Assembly: GCA_904063045.1 (NCBI GenBank)
Contig: CAJFCJ010000006.1
Span: 248,001-312,000 of the forward strand
Source: Dimorphilus gyrociliatus
Taxonomy: Eukaryota > Animalia > Annelida
Direction: 5' to 3'
DNA length: 64,000 bases
Positions within the stretch are counted from its first letter, which is position 1, and the number at the start of each line of letters is the position of its first letter. Both the position numbers and the translations under genes were made by a program. The notes under the pieces were generated by a model. That model was not told where the DNA came from. It searched no databases and saw only the letters and a list, made by a program, of their open reading frames with translations. This document shows positions 1 through 16,342 of this stretch, in pieces.

Positions 1-5735
<5,735 letters not shown>

Positions 5736-5859
5736 TCTATTATAATCACAAATATATTATTTCCCTTTAAAAAAGCGAATAATTCGTCGAAAGCGGCGAT
5801 AAATCGCTAAAAGCGGCCGCCGACTGCCAACGATCCACTTTACACACGCAGTCGCGCAA

Positions 5860-5920
5860 AATTTTGTGACGTCACTAATTTACTATATCCCAACATGCTA
5901 ACTAACTAGTCACGTGATCC
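5860..5920 (-). promoter_or_regulatory. Mi-2 proximal promoter elements: CRE (TGACGTCA 5867-5874) and E-box (GTCACGTGAT 5909-5918)
   Basis: Perfect motifs 130-180 nt upstream of the Mi-2 ATG in a locally CpG-rich segment. Confidence 0.45.
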
Positions 5921-6404
5921 CTGGCGCCAAAACAAATTCGGCATAGGCCTAGTAAAATTCGTATCGAAAATATTCATATGAAGCGTCATGGTTCGATAGG
6001 CCTAGCCATTTGGACCGGCGTTTCTTACACCTTCGAGTCTATACTTCGGCGTAAAAACTCGTGTTAATCGTAGCGCCGAGATTGTCAATTGGCAACAATA
6101 GTTCATACATGTATACTTCCTCGAATATGTTACAAGAGTATTCGTTTAGATAACACAAAAGTTGTCTTTATCAACCTTAATGACCTACGTCAAGCATAAG
6201 TGAAAGAATATGAATTCTTTATGAAAGGCTTAAATTCTATTTTCTAAATAGAATGGAATGCCTTGATATTATAGTCTGATGCCAAAAAGTCTTAACCAAG
6301 TAAATTTCAAATTCCTAAAAGGCATTTAAAAAAAATTCTATTAAAAAATAATAATAGAAAAAACAATTTGATTGAATTCATTTTAATCAATAAGTGTGTG
6401 AGGA

Positions 6405-6851
6405 TTAAATCATATGGCAGGTGACTGTGCGGGAGCCATAAGGGTAAATAGATGCGTGTGATAATTGAGATACCTGTCTCAATCTAGATACCTCTCCAAC
6501 GGCGTCTATGCGTCTGAGTGTTTGAATCACTCTCACTACTACAGCGTCAAGGGTTGATTTAATTACATTATTACTTCCCGCTATTCGTATAAAGGAAAAT
6601 AATGTACTATTAATCATGCAAGAAATTAGAGTAAATGTAGTTAATTTCCCTTTTCTACCATTGAAAAGAATAAAATAGCGTAACCAATCTCTGAATGTAA
6701 TATCAATTACGCTTTCATGGAAGTTTCTTACAACAGTGCCATCTTTCGTTAGTCGAACATTTAAATTTGGAAGGAAACTGGTAGAAAAAACAACGAAACA
6801 TTGATTACTTAAAAAGTTGTTTTTACTTTGCATTTCAAAACTGAAAGTCAC
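6405..6851 (-). CDS. Orphan single-exon ORF, 148 aa, no recognisable domain
   Basis: Long stop-free frame in AT-rich DNA starting 55 nt after the PTP stop; an AG acceptor (TTTCAG at ~6841) lies near its start. Confidence 0.3.
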   Translation of the reverse strand: MTFSFEMQSKNNFLSNQCFVVFSTSFLPNLNVRLTKDGTVVRNFHESVIDITFRDWLRYFILFNGRKGKLTTFTLISCMINSTLFSFIRIAGSNNVIKSTLDAVVVRVIQTLRRIDAVGEVSRLRQVSQLSHASIYPYGSRTVTCHMI

Positions 6852-6905
6852 TTCTTAAAAGTAAGACTTAAAATTTTTAAAAACACTTAAAAGATTTATA
6901 TTATT

Positions 6906-9704
6906 TCATGTAATGGAGTTTGTTTTCATGTGCTGTTGATGTTGTTTTACTGGTATAGGAGTTTGTACTTTCTCCCCTTTATTACTTTCGATTAATTGTT
7001 CATCGTATTTCGATAGTAAGTTACCAATACTTTCTAAAGATATTTGGCCTTTTGCTTTTATTATTATTTCTGCCATTTGGTAAAGAAGACTGTATTCAAC
7101 CTATTTTAAATTTTATTTTTTATTTTACGGTGAATCACTGAGGTAAATTACTTCATCATAATAATTATTAATAGAATAGAATACAAACCAGACTTGATAT
7201 AAATTCTGGTCTACTATCTCTAATAAGCTTCACGTGATAATATACGTCGACGATATCTTCCTCCAGTATTTTGTTGGCTATGTTTGTAAATGCTATAAAA
7301 AGTCCTGAGCGAACAACTCCGTCTCTAAGAATTATCATTAGTTTACAAACATTTACATGTTAGAGGGACGTTCTTATCAATTATAAAAAAAACCTGAGAC
7401 CTACAGACAGTGGACTGCTATAGTGGTTGCCAAATTTGTTTTTTGAACATGTGATAGAAGGGCTATGTAGATCAAAACAATTTTATTCCTAACTTGTCGT
7501 AAGTTTACTTCGTTAACTTCGCTTGGAACGGAACAAGCCAGTTGGGTGACCTTTCTACAAGTCTATAGAAAAGTTTTTCCCTTGTTAGTATAAAATTAAC
7601 AAAAATATAAAAAGAAAAATATTTCCAAGCAAAAAGCTTACAGTTTGTTTTGAGTTTTTAGGAGTAGGCGCCTTCTGATTTGATTATATACTTTTTATGA
7701 CTAATGTTTATTAAATGTTTGTCTATAGACTGTACAAACCGCATAATCTATTTCGAAGTCTCGAACAACGATAGTTTTCTCAACAGTCGATTCTTTAATT
7801 AGAGTTACTCGAAGTTCATCGAAGACTTTTGAAGAATTATCAGTTGGCCAATACGGTTTAATCTTTAACCGAAAACAATAATATTACAGTGTTTGAAAAA
7901 AGAAAAGCAAATAGAAACAGCTTTACACACGCTGTCCATTTCTCTAAGACTGTTTAGCATAATAATATGAGTGCATTCTTGATAAAAGATGATTTTCCAA
8001 AAGAGGTTACACGATTGGGGGTCTGAAACATTTGGAGCCTCTGTTACTATAAAACGTTCTGGACTATCGTGGCCCTAAAAAATGAATAAAGCAACAAAAC
8101 TTTTTCTATCTCTAATTTTAGTTTTATGTCACTAATACAAACATCTACGTAAACAGCTGAAGTTGAAATTGGCGCCCCACTCATTGAAAGAGATTTTGTA
8201 ACAATTACCATTCTTTTTTCAACTATTCGTTAAGATTAAAACAATAGTAGAAATGTTTAGATTTACCACTAAAGAGAGATACAGGATGGATAACATACGT
8301 ATAGGTGTAGCTGGATTCTTAGTCATTTTAGTTTTTGAAGGCTTAATATAGGCTGTGGGTGGATAGTTAGCACAACAAATGTGTAATACTTGATATTGTC
8401 GTACTATTTCTTTGTAGGGAATCCAACCATTGCTTGTCTTTCGAAAGCATTGATTAGTATAGAATGAAAATTCTTTTACGTCATAAGTGTTTTTTGGCGC
8501 CATTAGTTCTTCAAGAATAGTGAGATATAGGAATCGATATTGTAACTACAAGCGCATAATGGTGAATATTAATAAAAGAAAAGTAAAATTTGATATAAAT
8601 TTACAGGTGTCTGAACCATAGATACTCTCTGCCTACGCAACGAAGAGACGACCTTAAGAATATCTAATTGCTTAGTTTGGGCCAATTGTTGTAGACATAT
8701 TTCTAAGCATATATAAGTACCGGTCCTCCCAACTCCCGCTCTGTGAGAGCACTTTATAGTAAGTACGCTCCATTTATTTGATAAATTTTAATATTAGCCT
8801 TACCGGCAATGGACGACCAAGGGTGCTCTTTTAAAATTTACTACCATCTTATTGACCCTTTCCCTAAATTCCAAGAGAGCCCTACCGTTTGAGGGAACTG
8901 AATGATCCGCCCATTTTGTGAATTGAAAATGTCTTACGTTCCTTGTCTGATCTTCCTATGTATTGTAAAAATTAGGAACATCATTATGCAAAGACTCGAA
9001 ATCAATGCAAATTATACACTTCACTTACTCGAGATAATTTAAATAGTCGAACAATACTTTCGGGATAATAGATGACTTTTATTAAATGTACAAAATAAGA
9101 ACCATACGCTTGACTTTCATTTTCTTTTGAAGGATAGTACATATAGTCACCGGCGCCCTCTCCCTCATCCTTAAGGTCATTTAACATGATAATACCACTT
9201 ATTTCATATTGCCAAATCATACGCCAAAAATCATTAAAAGTATCTGACATGGGGCCTTGGCATGCTATGTATTGCTTTGATGTTGAATAACCCTTTGAAT
9301 TTGTTAACTTATTGGCTTGGATAAATATTGTACACTCATAAACTGACTTCAATAAAACTTGCGTTTATGTAGGTATCGCAAATAGAAGATGCTTGATAAT
9401 TAGTATCAGCCGTATTGTCTTCCGGTTTTAAGTTGACTCTATTGAAATCATCTGAAGCATTTTATTTGTTTTATTCAGAACAATTTCACCTAGAAGTAAT
9501 TAATATCATAAGTAATACAAACAGGGAGATACATCCTGAAATCTATTCTTTATGAAACAACGCCGAGCTACATCGCATCTGGCAAATGAAGAAAAGGGGA
9601 TAGACTAAAAAAAATAGAAGAAAAAATCTTGTAATTTTCTATATATAAAAAACCTTATGCGTGCACATAAGTCAGCATATATACATAAATAAAGAAATCA
9701 TATT

Positions 9705-9759
<55 letters not shown>

Positions 9760-10021
9760 GTATATAAATACACATAATATACAGTATATATATATATATA
9801 CATATATGCATATATATGTATATATATTTATAAATGTGTACTGTGTGAATGAATTTTGGAGTATTTATTTATATTTATTCAAAACAGAAGGTAAACTTAA
9901 TAGTATTAAATATTAATTAGATAAAATACTAACATTAAATTCTAAATCAAAGTTTTCGAAAAACCTATTCTCACGTGAATTTTCACAATATTGAAAAAAA
10001 TCGTCTTTTTGGATAGGATTT
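6906..10021 (-). CDS. Tandem-domain (D1-D2) receptor-type-like protein tyrosine phosphatase; 5' end unresolved
   Basis: Spliced translation gives [64 protein letters not shown] and RQRVSMVQT (D1), then [30 protein letters not shown] (D2). Stop TGA 6906-6908. Confidence 0.92.
9705..9830. repeat. (TA)n-rich microsatellite in PTP intron
   Basis: Long imperfect TA dinucleotide run read directly. Confidence 0.9.
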
Positions 10022-10879
10022 CTTAATCCCATCAGCACTGTTTCTGGATTTGTGGTGCTAAATAAATAGTAAGTCATTTTTTATTTTTTTTATCTTTTCT
10101 ATTTATTTATTATTTATATATCTCTTGAATAATTTGATAACATGTCTACAATTGCAATTGAATTTCTGTGATATTTAACGTAGGAATAGGGCAAACTACC
10201 TAAGATTTGGCATCTTTTCTCTTTTGTATTGAATTTATAAGTAAAGTTTTACGAAGTAATCAAGTTTTTTTCTTCTTTTTTTTTGAATTTAATAATTTTT
10301 GATTGCGTTATAAATATAAAATTTCTGGCCTATTTATTTTATTTAAATAGATATTGAACATCTTTATCTTAAAATATTATCAGTAGTATTCATTTTTATA
10401 AAAATTTATCTATATAAAAGTATGAAATATAGTCTTGTTGCCTTCATCACTATTATAGCTTATAACATTAATATGGCCGAGTTTTGAATAATGTAATAAT
10501 AGAGATTATTTGTAAGTATTCTTCGCTAGCAAGTTTGATTGAATACAATTTTATGTAGTCATTTGGCATTGGATTGTGGTAAATTCTCAACTTATTAGCC
10601 AGTAAAACTGAATTTATACGTAATTAACATATATACTTGTTTGTTATGAGTAAATTAATTATTTTAGCACTTAGCCACTGATATCATTTCGCTCACATTC
10701 CTAAATTGACTTCGAATAGTCCCGCATACAGTACATGCTTATATTATTGTATAGGCCCATCAGCAGCGTGAATGAAAATATATAAAACGAGCTGTTTTGT
10801 ACACATATTGAGTAAACCTTGTCAAAAATTTTGATGCCATGTTTTATTTTTCAGCTGCTCATAATTCGCTTTAATAGTA

Positions 10880-13800
10880 ATGGATAATCCGACCAATGAC
10901 TTCATACTCTTACCGAATAATATAAAAATCCTGCAAAGCAGAAGAAGCACATTCGAAAATAGTGCATTATTGCAATTGAGTAATGTTTTGTCTTCGAATA
11001 GCTCAAACTTAGAGCGGGAGTTATGTACAGTTATTAGTCAATCAGATATAATATACGTTGATTTTTGTGGATGGTTGCGAGAAAGTTCAAAGAATGAAAC
11101 AAAATGGTGTGTTCTCGCAGACGCTTTCCTTTTCATCTTTTCGAGCAGAGATGATGAAATCGCTTACAGAGTCATAATTCTCTCAGGAAAAAGAATTCAT
11201 TGTAGTGGGTCAACAAATAGTATAAGTATTCGAAGTAGTAAGGATAGTCATGCCCAAGTAGAAGTTTTTACTGCTCGTTCTGCAATTGAAAGGAATACCT
11301 GGCTGCAGTTTTTGGAAGTGTCCGTTCAATTACCCCTAGACGCTTTTCTATCATCAAAGAAGTTAAGGAATGGTTCAAAGCATTCAAAGAGACCTAGTAT
11401 ACCTAACTCGATAGCTGCGAGTGAATCTTTTGACTCTGTGCTGGACATTAAACCTCAAAGTAAACTTGTTCGGACAGCCTCTAATTTAAAGAGGAAACTG
11501 TTTAGATCGAAAAGTAAATCAAGAAAGTGTGCTAGTCTAAAATTAAGTGATTTTCGCGACAAGAAGACGTTCAATGGCTTTCTAGAGTTGTACGAGAATA
11601 GCAAGTGGCAGGTATATTGGTTCGTGCTATCAGACTGTCGATTATATGCATTTACAAGCCGTGATGAGAGTGCGGAATCCAAATTTTTTCTAATATTGCA
11701 TAGTGGGGTTAAAGTGTCGAAGATGGATAATTATAAAAATCGGACATCTATATTAGAGGTACTTGATGAAAATTCAAGGAGAGAAATTCTCTCTGCTTCA
11801 TCAGAGCATGACTCTCTAAGTTGGCTCTACGAGCTGCAAAATTGCTGCAAATCACCACGAACAGATGAGGATGCTATATCAACTTCAACAGAATTTAATA
11901 GCAATGTTGACGAAGATGAACCGCCTCCTGTCCTCCAAATTTTGAATTTTTACGAAAAATCTCATATGTGGAAGAACAGTCAAGACAAGTGGCGAAAGGA
12001 TTATAAAATGGACACAGGAAAAAGTCCCGGTGTCAGCTTAAACAATGAATATGTCGACATATTTGATTATTCAAGTTGTAGCAGTCTGCCGGATATCCTA
12101 TTAACGCCTGTTCCTTCTGACGATAAAAACTTAAGTAATGATCAGGTCAGCTACTATTTTTTTTAAACTAGATATTTAGCTGCACACTTGTTATTTTAGT
12201 TGTTTTATCTTCTCAGATAAAACAAGTAAAAATTTTATTTTTTATATAAATATACTTATAGAATTGTCAGTAAAAAATAACTAAATCGATGGATAAATGA
12301 CAAGTCGATTGTTTGATTCACACTGACCTTTTGTAATTGTAATAAAATATAGAAGACGTGTAACAATTTCGTCTGTTTTATGACAAATGTACTTGTAATT
12401 TTCTCTATAATTATCTTTTTTTTTCTAGGCGAGGATTTCACTGTCGCGAAGGCGATCAATGTCCGAAAATGACTTACAGATGTATGAAGAAGATGATCTG
12501 CCTATCACTAATAGTAGCAGAGACAATCTTTCAGCAACCGATTTTAGCTACGCTCTAATTAAAGGCTTCGTTGATCTGAAAAGGAAAGATGACGAAAGTT
12601 GGACAACGTAACAAATTTGCTTATATATATATATATATTCTATTGTTAACTTGTTATATTTAAATAATTTTTTTTGGCACAGATATTGGGCTATTTTAAG
12701 GCAACCTTCGATTTTATATTTTTATTCCCGCAAAGTTTCTCCTATACCTCATCTTAGGGTTGATATTTCATCTTATCGAATAGATGTTCTTTTTGATCAA
12801 GGTCAAAGATGTATCATTGCGCTAAAAGATTTTGAGAATTACGTATGGATCCATATTTTTTATTTAAATACAATTGACATACAATACAATTTGGATCCGT
12901 ACATTTTTATTTATAAATGCTTAACATGTTTTTAGGACAACTCTGACCTACTGTATCTCTCGTTCGAAAGCCAGGACGACAGAGAAAGATGGTATGAACA
13001 TATGAGAGCCGTTTGTGCTGTCCGTTCTCCGTCCTACGTCCAGAATAATTCCTGTGTATATACTCGTAAGTCTTACGACAAATCACACAAAATGACCCTT
13101 AAAATTAAACTGTAACTTCTAAAGCTGGTCGTAACTCTCTTCCCGAATTGGACCGTCCCCGAGATTCACCTCCCAGTAAACTCACTCCAATAAATTCCGT
13201 ATGCTTTACAATAACACAAACAATCAAGTGCAGAAATATAATATACTCATATTTTTTTCAATATAGGATTCTCTATTGGACAGGCGGACAAGGAGTGCAG
13301 TTGCCCTTCCTTACAATCATATTGTTTCAGCCCCACCAACTGTACATCGAGACACGAGTCAAGAAGTACGGGATTTAACTAAACTACAACAAAACAAGTT
13401 CGCCATCGAACTTAAAGTAATTGCAGTTATAATTGAAAATAATGGACTTTATTTATAACTATTACGATGTCTTTTTAGATTGAAGGTATTCAAAGGAGAT
13501 TGAATACAAAAAAGACTCACAAGTACTTCCTACCGGGAATAAGGTTTGGCAGATCACCGAAGAGGTCGCCATCTGTTGGCAAGAGTCTTCTTCGAAGGGA
13601 ACTTGAAAATTTGAAAAGGGAACATCGTTTATTGAACTTACAAGAAAAGTTAGCAAACTGCAGTTTAGCGGCAACAAGCCTAACAGATTTAAGTAGGCCC
13701 AGAGTGTCATCTTTTAATTGTAGTCCTGCAACAAGCGGTGAATCAACGCAGTCGACCTACTCTCACGACAAACCAAGAAATAGCTGGTCTCCCGGATCTA

Positions 13801-14066
13801 ATTCAAATGGAAAAGTCGCAGATTTGCTCAAATCCTATCTAAAAGAAGAAATGCAAAAGTATAAACTGGCCAAAAATGAAACTGGTTGGGAAGGTATATC
13901 TAGAGAAGCAAAACAATCGATCCAAGTAACCTTTCTATTTTTATTTTTTTGACTAATTCTTCTATTTTTTTTTTCACCATATGTTAAAAATCTAGCTAAC
14001 GATTGTGTGTGTTTTTTTTTCTTACAGGCCTTCGAGCAGCTAATCTTTGACACTTTAAAGGAATAA
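10880..14066 (+). CDS. Protein with three PH domains and a C-terminal coiled-coil/Ser-rich tail (about 8 exons)
   Basis: PH1 (FCGWLRE..KWCVLADAFLFIF..ERNTWLQFL), PH2 (FNGFLEL..WQVYWFVLSDCRLYAF..DSLSWLYEL), PH3 assembled from exons at 12429, 12682 and 12936 (IKGFVDLKRK..YWAILRQPSILYFY..SFESQDDRERWYEHM). Last exon AFEQLIFDTLKE*, stop 14064-14066. Confidence 0.85.
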
Positions 14067-15948
14067 GCAGCGTTTATTTTCATTCACCTGCAATTTATAT
14101 ACTGATTTACGCATACTAATCTTTTGAAATAAAAAAAGTCAAATTATTCAAACTTTTGTAACAAGTTTAAGCGAATCGTGCTCAATGTAGGCTTATTTTG
14201 GAAAGATAACAGAATCTGACGCGCTTTTAACTCTCATTAAATATACGGTAGGTCGTTAAATAGCTCTGGTTCAGAAAGCGGATACTTTGAATACGTATAT
14301 TGTACTAATAGTAATGGGAGAACTGATAATGCAAGAATGGTTGGAATGCTGGAGAGTTCAATGCGCACCCCTTTCAACTGCAGCCCCGCGGTTGTTTTAA
14401 CAGTTTAAATTCTGTTACGTCTTAGATGTTATCTCTGTCTGTAATGTCGAAGTAGGCAGTTTATACAGCGATTATTTGTTACGACGACAAAAGGTTTCGT
14501 ATTGAACCGCGTAGTGGCGCTCTACTAGCTGCAAGGAACTAGCCTGGAACTAACATATTGAGAGGCAAAACAAAATGTCCGCCTATTCATATGATATAAA
14601 ACCATTGATAGTCTTCGTTTGAGGCAGTCGCGAGTGTGATCTCGGCAACGTTCGATCTCGGCTCCTCATCGCTCATTCTAGGACCAACATCCGCCATAAC
14701 GAGTTAAGAAGGGCGTGCCGTTTCTACCTCATTCCAATCAGAAAAAGTTTATTTTTCTTCGCAAAACTATAGGTAATGTATTTTTTTATCGAATCATCGT
14801 CTTATTGTTTCTAAATGAAACGTCTTTTGGGAGTAGATGTTTTGGATGAAAATTCAATCTAAAAAAGGGGTAACCGACGAGTGGGGTATGTAATACCGGA
14901 CCCGTCAACAACCCTACGTAGCTTGAATATTGAGCGTTACCGAATTTCGTCAAACGAAATTTTTTTTTGAAAGGCAGTGAACGGGCTTTTTCAATTCGCT
15001 CCACTAAGCTTAGCGCGATTCTGATGAATAGGTCTGAGTATGAATGACGGGTTTTGTGTTAGAATTCTTCACATTTTCTAATTCAATTGATAGCGTTCGT
15101 TTTCCGCAGACTAACTCTGTAGGTTTATTTTATTGTATTGCTGGCAGGAGGAACTGCTTGCAATTTGGGAGAATTACTATAGCTATTAAGTCTATTGAAT
15201 GCGGGTAATAACGTAAATAACCGACTCTCTAACAGTTGAGACAAAAAGCAAAATTTCGAATAAATTAGAATAAGTCGTAATTTAACACGCAAACAAAAAA
15301 GTAAAAAGGATATCGAGTTTGTCATTGTTTTCTATAAAGACAATAAGAACTAGACAATAGAGTGGTAGAACCTATAAAGCTTATCTTTTGTCGCATTATG
15401 CTTTGTTTGTTTCTTAAACTATTACCGAAAGCTATCAACTGTTAGCTGTTTTCTTGTTTTTCGCGTTTTATTTTAAGAGAAAAGTAGCAAATCTGGACGA
15501 AAGAAACAATGCTGAGAAAAAAAAGAATTGCGATCCGATACGACGGAATAAATAGCATTCATATGTCAGTGTATCTAAGGATAGTGCATTGTGTTTCTAT
15601 CTTCTAGAATGTCCGATTGTATTCGAGCAAAAAACAATGGCAAACTTGTAATTTGAAGCTTGTTGATGCTACACGCTAGGGGGCGTGTCTTGATTGCCAA
15701 CCCAATGGGACATTCAGACTTGGTCGCCAGAACGATAAGGTTGTCTTTGAAAAGGTAAAAAGCATTTTAACACTTGTTGTGTCATCTGTATTTAGTAAGT
15801 TCATTGTAAGTTGTGTATTGGACTGATCAGCGACAACCGGCTGTGCTCAAGTAAACAAGTCGTGCTTTTCGATGGACAAAAGGCACAAATTATGTTTCAA
15901 ATCTAGCGTCGTTTCGTGCCGATAAGATGATAATGGACAGATGGCGCT

Positions 15949-16016
15949 GTAGTATAGGGACGGTGGCGGTGTCTTGTGCTATAGGCAGTTCACGAGACAG
16001 TGCGTCCTCCCTCTAC
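15949..16016 (+). ncRNA. mir-1994: pre-miRNA, mir-1994 family (3p arm CGAGACAGUGCGUCCUCCCUCU, 15993-16014)
   Basis: 3' arm matches the lophotrochozoan miR-1994 sequence as I recall it (UGAGACAGUGUGUCCUCCCU.., seed GAGACAG). 5' arm AGGGACGGUGGCGGUGUCUUGUG pairs with it (GUCUUGUG/CACGAGAC, AGGGA/UCCCU, GUAG/CUAC). Confidence 0.8.
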
Positions 16017-16094
16017 TTCAGTTTGCCTAATTCAACCCTAAATCCTTGATTTGCAACCTTGACGAATGATGGCTTTCATTTATTTCTTTTTATT

Positions 16095-16176
16095 GGTAAC
16101 TTGTCAGCGGAAGACTACTTGCCTCTCGTGAACATTTTTTCCATGAGACAGTATGTCCTCCGAGAATGAGATACCA
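16095..16176 (+). ncRNA. mir-1994: pre-miRNA, second mir-1994 family copy (3p arm UGAGACAGUAUGUCCUCCGAGA, 16144-16165)
   Basis: Same seed GAGACAG. 5' arm CGGAAGACUACUUGCCUCUCGUG pairs (CUCGUG/CAUGAG, UAC/GUA, CGGA/UCCG) with lower stem GGUA/UACC; about 150 nt from the first hairpin. Confidence 0.8.
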
Positions 16177-16342
16177 CCTTACATCAATTACTTATATTTA
16201 TTAATTAATGTTGATTGCAATGTCGCATTTTTGCGTTATCTTGTTGAGGGAAAAAAATCTTATCTTTTTTTATCTGTTACTCTTTTGTCGTAACTTTTAT
16301 TCGTCAGTCTGCCGCGAACCAAGCAGTATCGATGATCTAAAG

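Noticed and set aside
5940-6110. GC-richer segment with GGTTCGA and a repeated ATAGGCCTAG, considered as tRNA or other ncRNA
   Set aside because: No cloverleaf, no paired T-stem and no box C/D or H/ACA layout that I could build; more simply promoter sequence.
14866-14916. Imperfect hairpin considered as a third miRNA
   Set aside because: 3-nt loop, several internal mismatches and no match to a miRNA family I recognise.
14940-14970. Hairpin AATTTCGT-CAA-ACGAAATT followed by a T run, resembling an intrinsic terminator
   Set aside because: Eukaryotic context, AT-only stem likely by chance, and no Pol III A/B boxes identified upstream.
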